Source: an uncultured Planctomycetota bacterium
GTDB lineage: Bacteria > Planctomycetota > Planctomycetia > Isosphaerales > Isosphaeraceae
DNA: 64,000 bases
NCBI GenBank assembly: GCA_963737655.1
Contig: CAVTTN010000002.1
Coordinates: 576,001 to 640,000, forward strand
Direction of reading: 5' to 3'
This document shows, in pieces, positions 59,678 to 64,000 of this stretch (the first letter of the stretch is position 1; each line of letters opens with the position of its first letter). The notes below the pieces were generated by a model, which had not been told where the DNA came from, made no database searches, and saw only the letters and a list, made by a program, of their open reading frames with translations. The translations under genes and the position numbers were made by a program.

Positions 59678-61162
59678 TCAGGCCGAGGGTTCGGCGGCCT
59701 CGGCCGGCGCGGTCTCGGCCGGCTCCTCGAGGGCGGGCACGGCCATCTCGTCGAGCGTCTCGACGGCCCCCTCTTCCTCCTGGGGCATCGTCTCTTCCTC
59801 GTACTTCACGAATTCGAGGATGCGGTCGATCGTCTTGCGTTCGAGGATCTGGGTGGCCAGGCCCTCGCCCAGCCCGTCTTTCTCGATCCGGGCCCGGACC
59901 CGCCTGGGGGTCTCGTCGGTCCGGAGCGCGATCGAATAGATCTCGGCCTCGACGTCCGCCTCCTCGACCTTGATCCCCTCCTCCTCGGCGATCTTCGACA
60001 GGAGGAAGAACTCCTTGAGGTTGCGGAGGGTGAACTCGTGGGCGTTGGCGCGGACCTCGGCCTCCCTCGCGCGGATCTCGACCTCGGTCATGCCGGCCTG
60101 GCGCATCTCCTCGACCTGGCGGCGGAGGTTGGAGCGCTCCTGGCGGGCGACGAGGTCCGTGGGGAGGTCGAACGGCGCCTGCGACGAGAGCTGATCCATG
60201 ATCTGGCGGCGGATCGCCTGCCTCTGCTGGAACGCGACCCGGCGTTCGAGGACCTCGCGGAGGGCCTGGCGGAGTTCGTCCTCGGTCTCGAAGCCGATCC
60301 GGTCGAGGAACTCGCGGTTCACCTCCGGCAGGCGGAGCGTCTTGAGGTCGTGGACGACGATCGTCACGCCGATCTTCTGCCCCCGGAGGGCGGGATCGGG
60401 CGAGGCGGAGCCCACCAAAGCGTCGGCGTCCCGCGAGTCCCCGGGCCGGGCTCCCACCAAGACCCCGGCGAGGTCCGGCACCCGGCCGTCCTGGAACCGG
60501 AGCTCCGGCTGGAGCCGGAACTGGATCTCCTTGGCCTGATTCAGGGCGATGCCGTCCTTGTGGAACCGGAGGTCGGCGGTGATGTAGTCGCCGATCTCGG
60601 CCCCGCCCTCGAACTTCGGGACGATCTGGGCGTAGCGCTCCAGGAACGTCTTGAGCTGGACCTCCACGTCCACGTCGGTGATCTCGCGGACCGGCCTCTT
60701 GACCGAGAGGGCCTTGTAGGCGGGCGTGGGGAAGTCGGGCTGGACTTCCACGTCCATCTCGAAGGTCATCGGCCCCTCCTCGGGGATCTCGATGGCCTCC
60801 AGGTCGAGGTTGGGCTGGGTGATCGCGTTGAGCTTGTAATCCTCGTCCAGTTGCTCCAGGGTCGCCATCAGCAGGGTGCTCTTGACCTGCCCGGCGACCT
60901 CCTTGCGGAACTTCTTCTGGATCAGGGACTTCGGAGCACGGCCGGGCCGGAACCCGGGCACGGCCGCTTCCTTCTTGACGCTGCCGAGCGACTCGGCGAA
61001 CTGACGATCGACCTCGGCGCGAGCGATCGCGACCTTGAGGTGCTTCTTGCAGGGGCCGGCGTCGGTGATCTGGACGTCCAGGTCGAGCTTCGGCTTGGTC
61101 GCGACGGCCTCTTCGCCACCCTCGGGGGTGATCTCGGCCTGTTCCTCTTCCCCGGTGCTCAT
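59678..61162 (-). CDS. tig: Trigger factor
   Basis: VPGFRPGRAP ribosome-binding motif; upstream of clpP. Confidence 0.95.
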   Translation of the reverse strand: MSTGEEEQAEITPEGGEEAVATKPKLDLDVQITDAGPCKKHLKVAIARAEVDRQFAESLGSVKKEAAVPGFRPGRAPKSLIQKKFRKEVAGQVKSTLLMATLEQLDEDYKLNAITQPNLDLEAIEIPEEGPMTFEMDVEVQPDFPTPAYKALSVKRPVREITDVDVEVQLKTFLERYAQIVPKFEGGAEIGDYITADLRFHKDGIALNQAKEIQFRLQPELRFQDGRVPDLAGVLVGARPGDSRDADALVGSASPDPALRGQKIGVTIVVHDLKTLRLPEVNREFLDRIGFETEDELRQALREVLERRVAFQQRQAIRRQIMDQLSSQAPFDLPTDLVARQERSNLRRQVEEMRQAGMTEVEIRAREAEVRANAHEFTLRNLKEFFLLSKIAEEEGIKVEEADVEAEIYSIALRTDETPRRVRARIEKDGLGEGLATQILERKTIDRILEFVKYEEETMPQEEEGAVETLDEMAVPALEEPAETAPAEAAEPSA

Positions 61163-61289
61163 CGACGGCGTTCCTTCAAGCAAAAACGGGCCGGGCGGCC
61201 CCAGCCGCCACCACGCACCCGCGGCGCTTGAGCGATCGCCGCCCGACCGGAGTTATCGCGAACGTCTCTCGCCTCGTCGGCAAGAAGAA

Positions 61290-61364
61290 TGGAGCGGGAG
61301 ATGGGATTTGAACCCACGACAACCACGTTGGCAACGTGGCGCTCTACCCCTGAGCTACTCCCGC
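61290..61364 (-). tRNA. tRNA-Gly(GCC)
   Basis: GCGGGAG acceptor stem, CCACG-TTGCCAA-CGTGG anticodon arm, GGTTCAAATCC T-arm, CCA end. Confidence 0.97.
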
Positions 61365-61582
61365 CAGGGCGACCCCTTTGGCATGGGTCGTGGAGCAAGA
61401 GTCAGTATAGGGACGCCCCGAGGGATTGCAAGCGGCTTCCCCGGAAAAATCGCGACGCCGGGCCGCCCAGCCCGCCGAAATCGTTTGCGATCCGGGGTTT
61501 GACCGGATAGCCTAGGGGGAGAGGTGCCGCCCCGATGCGGGCGATTCGCCTGGAGGGTCGGTGCGCGCGAGGATCTTGAATC

Positions 61583-62177
61583 ATGGGTTTCCAGTTAGTC
61601 ATCGTTCAGGGACGCAGCGCCAGTCAGATCCTCAAGGTCGGCGCCGGCGTGATGACCGTCGGCCGGCAGCAGGACTGCCAGCTCCGGATCGCCTCCTCGC
61701 AGGTCAGCCGGAAGCATTGCCAGCTCTTCGAGAAGAAGGGCCTCCTTCTGGTCAAGGACCTGGGTAGCTCCAACGGCACGCTGGTCAACGGCAAGAAGAT
61801 CGCCGATCAACGGGTCCTGGAACCGGGCGATGAGCTGACCGTCGGTTCGGTCAAGTTTCGGGTCGAACGGCTCGAAGACACGGTCCTGATGCCCGGAGCC
61901 GTCAGCCCCAGCGCGGCGACCAAGCCCGGCGACACCGCGATCGCCCAGCCGATCACCGGCGAGAGCGAGATCATCGACCTGAGCGAGGAGGAAGACGACG
62001 AGGAGCCGACCAGCCACACCGCTCCGACCAGGACCACGGCCTCTCCCCGATCGGCCAAGGCCGCTCCCGCTCCCCCCGGAGCCCAAAGAGGACGAGGATG
62101 AGGCCATCGAGATTTCCGAGGACGCGGCGGCCGACTACTTGCTGAACATCGAGCTCGACGACGAGGACAAGCTCTGA
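61583..62177 (+). CDS. FHA domain protein; frameshift in C6 run near 62075
   Basis: VGRQQDC..SSQVSRKHC...DLGSSNGTLVNG; acidic tail continues in another frame to TGA 62177. Confidence 0.88.
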
Positions 62178-62244
62178 GCCGACCGGCCTTCCCGACCCCT
62201 TCTTCGACATTTTTTCGCAAAACCACTCCAAATCTGCCACACCG

Positions 62245-62273
62245 TTGACAAAACCTCGTCTCGGCTATAAATA
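62245..62273 (+). promoter_or_regulatory. Sigma70-like promoter TTGACA ... TATAAATA
   Basis: Perfect -35 at 62245-62250, AT-rich -10 region at 62266-62273, upstream of the XRE/S24 gene. Confidence 0.6.
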
Positions 62274-62411
62274 ACAATAGCAGACACGGCCCGCGGCGCG
62301 GCTGGCCCCCCCTTGGTCCGGACGATGGTTTCCGTCCGACTCCCACGATCGCGCCGTTGGGTCTCGATGACCCGGCCGTGTTCGTGTCTGTGGATCGAAG
62401 GACTCTCCCCG

Positions 62412-63176
62412 ATGGCTCGCCGCAAGAATCAACCCGACTCGGTCCGCGTGAAATGCTTCCTCTCGGAGAGGCTCCGCCAGATCCGGGTCGAGCTCTACGG
62501 CGAGCGGGGAGGGTCGGAGATGGCCCGTCGGCTCTCCCTGCCGATCCGCACCTGGTACAATTATGAATCGGGCGTGACCGTGCCGGCCGAAGTGATGCTC
62601 CGGTTCGTGGAGTTGACCAACGCGGAGCCGATGTGGCTCCTCCATGGGAAGGGCCCGAAGTTCCGGGCCGCGGCGGCCCCGGCCGGGGGGGACTCGGTCG
62701 AGGCCCTCCTCCGAACGGCCTTGCTGCGGCTGGAGGCCCAGGGGCCCGACACCAACGGATCGGCCGCCCGCGACTCGGATGAGAACGACTTGATCCGGGT
62801 CGATGGCGCCGACCACGAGCGGATCACCAACGAGGCCGGGCCGCGCTACCAGGCCGCCCACCGCGAATGGCTGGCCGCCCATCGCGATTGCCGCTCGTTG
62901 CGGATCGAGGGGGACGCCATGGCCCCGGTCGTGGCCGATGGCGCGTTCGTCGCCTATTCCGAGGACGAGGATGACCTCGGCGACCTCACGGGCAACCTCG
63001 TCGTCGCCTGGGTCGAAGGCAAGCCGATCGTCCGATGGTTCGAGCTCTCCGGCCGGTTCGCGGTCCTCCGCGCCGAGAACCCCGCCTGCGAGCCGGCCAC
63101 GGTCCTGATCGACCTGGACGGCCCCGCCTCGGCGCGCCGAGTCCGCAAGGTCCTCTGGATCTCGACGCCCCACTGA
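62412..63176 (+). CDS. XRE-type HTH + S24 (LexA/CI-like) domain regulator
   Basis: SERLRQIR...MARRL..PIRTWYNYESG; IEGDAMAP..ADG; autocleavage Ser/Lys appear replaced. Confidence 0.8.
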   Translation: MARRKNQPDSVRVKCFLSERLRQIRVELYGERGGSEMARRLSLPIRTWYNYESGVTVPAEVMLRFVELTNAEPMWLLHGKGPKFRAAAAPAGGDSVEALLRTALLRLEAQGPDTNGSAARDSDENDLIRVDGADHERITNEAGPRYQAAHREWLAAHRDCRSLRIEGDAMAPVVADGAFVAYSEDEDDLGDLTGNLVVAWVEGKPIVRWFELSGRFAVLRAENPACEPATVLIDLDGPASARRVRKVLWISTPH

Positions 63177-63207
63177 TCCGGCCCGAGCCGATCGCGGAGA
63201 GCCGCAC

Positions 63208-63519
63208 TCACCAGCCGGGACAGGCATCCAGGCACGGCAAGATCAGGATCTTGCCGTCTCCCATCCGCCCGGTCCGGGCCTGACCCACGATCGCCCGGAT
63301 CGCGGCCGGGGCGTCCTCGTCGCGCACGAAGACGCTAATCTCAACCTTGGGCAAGTACGCCAGGTTGAACTCGCTGCCAAGATAACGATGAAGCCGGCTC
63401 TTCTGCCGCCCGTAACCCATCGCCTCGCGAACGGTCCCGGCCAGGACGTCCACATCGGCCAGGGCTTCCAGGACCCCTTGCGCTCGGAACGGCTTGATCA
63501 GGGCGATGAGCTGTACCAC
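63208..63519 (-). CDS. P-II family nitrogen regulator
   Basis: ALIKPF, GYGRQK, YLPKVEI, ARTGRMGDGKI. Confidence 0.9.
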   Translation of the reverse strand: MVQLIALIKPFRAQGVLEALADVDVLAGTVREAMGYGRQKSRLHRYLGSEFNLAYLPKVEISVFVRDEDAPAAIRAIVGQARTGRMGDGKILILPCLDACPGW

Positions 63520-63677
63520 GACGAGCCTCGGGTGGGTCGGTCCGGGAGAAGTCCGCGGTCCGCGGTCCGCAGATCAAGGACGAGTCCCGAGGCCCTTGAC
63601 AATGCCCCGGGTCCGCCCCAAATTGGGGAAAGACCCCGGCTTCCGGCCGGGCGACCGAAGACGGCCCGAGGTGCCCC

Positions 63678-64000
63678 ATGAAGCGGTTCACGGCGATGCT
63701 CCTGACCTCCACCGCGGTGATCGCCGGATGCGGCGTGAAGGCCTACGAGATCCGCATGGAGCGGACTCTGGAGCAGAAGAAGTACGAGCAGAAGGTCAAT
63801 ACCTACCTGAACGCGGCGCCCAAGGACAAGGCCTTCGGCGAGAATAACGTGTGGGTCCGCTCGCCCAAGCCGATGGTGGAAGGGTCGTTCATGCTGTCCA
63901 ACCCCACCCCGGCGATGTGGGACCTGGCCGCGAGCTTCCAGGGCGCCCCGCCGCCCCCCAAGCAGGCCAACGAGAACGCTCCGCCCCCGGCCGCCCTGCC
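63678..64000 (+). CDS. Hypothetical lipoprotein (partial, runs off window)
   Basis: MKRFTAMLLTSTAVIAGC lipobox; open to window end. Confidence 0.65.
   Translation, partial: MKRFTAMLLTSTAVIAGCGVKAYEIRMERTLEQKKYEQKVNTYLNAAPKDKAFGENNVWVRSPKPMVEGSFMLSNPTPAMWDLAASFQGAPPPPKQANENAPPPAAL

Noticed and set aside
62266..62273. TATAAATA as a T4-type late promoter
   Set aside because: Lies in core DNA with a perfect TTGACA upstream, so it is explained as a sigma70 promoter.

Overview
High-GC bacterial DNA whose gene content (PSCyt1-type cytochrome c, DUF1080, Gly-rich RRM protein, tig-clpP-clpP) suggests a planctomycete, probably Isosphaeraceae-like (inference). The window has two parts. (1) 1-~40973 is the right-hand ~41 kb of a genomic island ending in the 3' half of tRNA-Arg(ACG) (attR); the integrase and intact tRNA should lie left of the window. 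The island carries a divergent cassette of phage-like genes (HNH endonuclease, proteins with T4-capsid-targeting-like N-termini, paired TATATAC-n-GC-ATG start motifs), a passenger-carrying IS1-family element inside a SUKH/SMI1 gene, a DUF1257-DUF2997-AAA-DUF3150-like operon, and a complete type 2 BREX/Pgl locus (pglW-pglX-[AlbA_2 ATPase]-pglY-pglZ-brxD-brxHI) followed by PD-(D/E)xK, ASCH and DUF3883 genes. By manual reading the island almost lacks CGCG (and apparently GGCGCC), unlike the IS and the host DNA. (2) ~41000-64000 is host core DNA: hydrolases, pxpABC, rhomboid, a CxxU (in-frame UGA plus SECIS-like hairpin) AhpD-like probable selenoprotein, a GT-C glycosyltransferase, fabI, a NUDIX hydrolase, two clpP, tig, tRNA-Gly(GCC), FHA, XRE/S24 and P-II genes. 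Seven single-base frameshifts, mostly in short C/G runs and including pglX and pglZ, look like long-read assembly errors. All family calls come from motif recognition by eye, not database searches.
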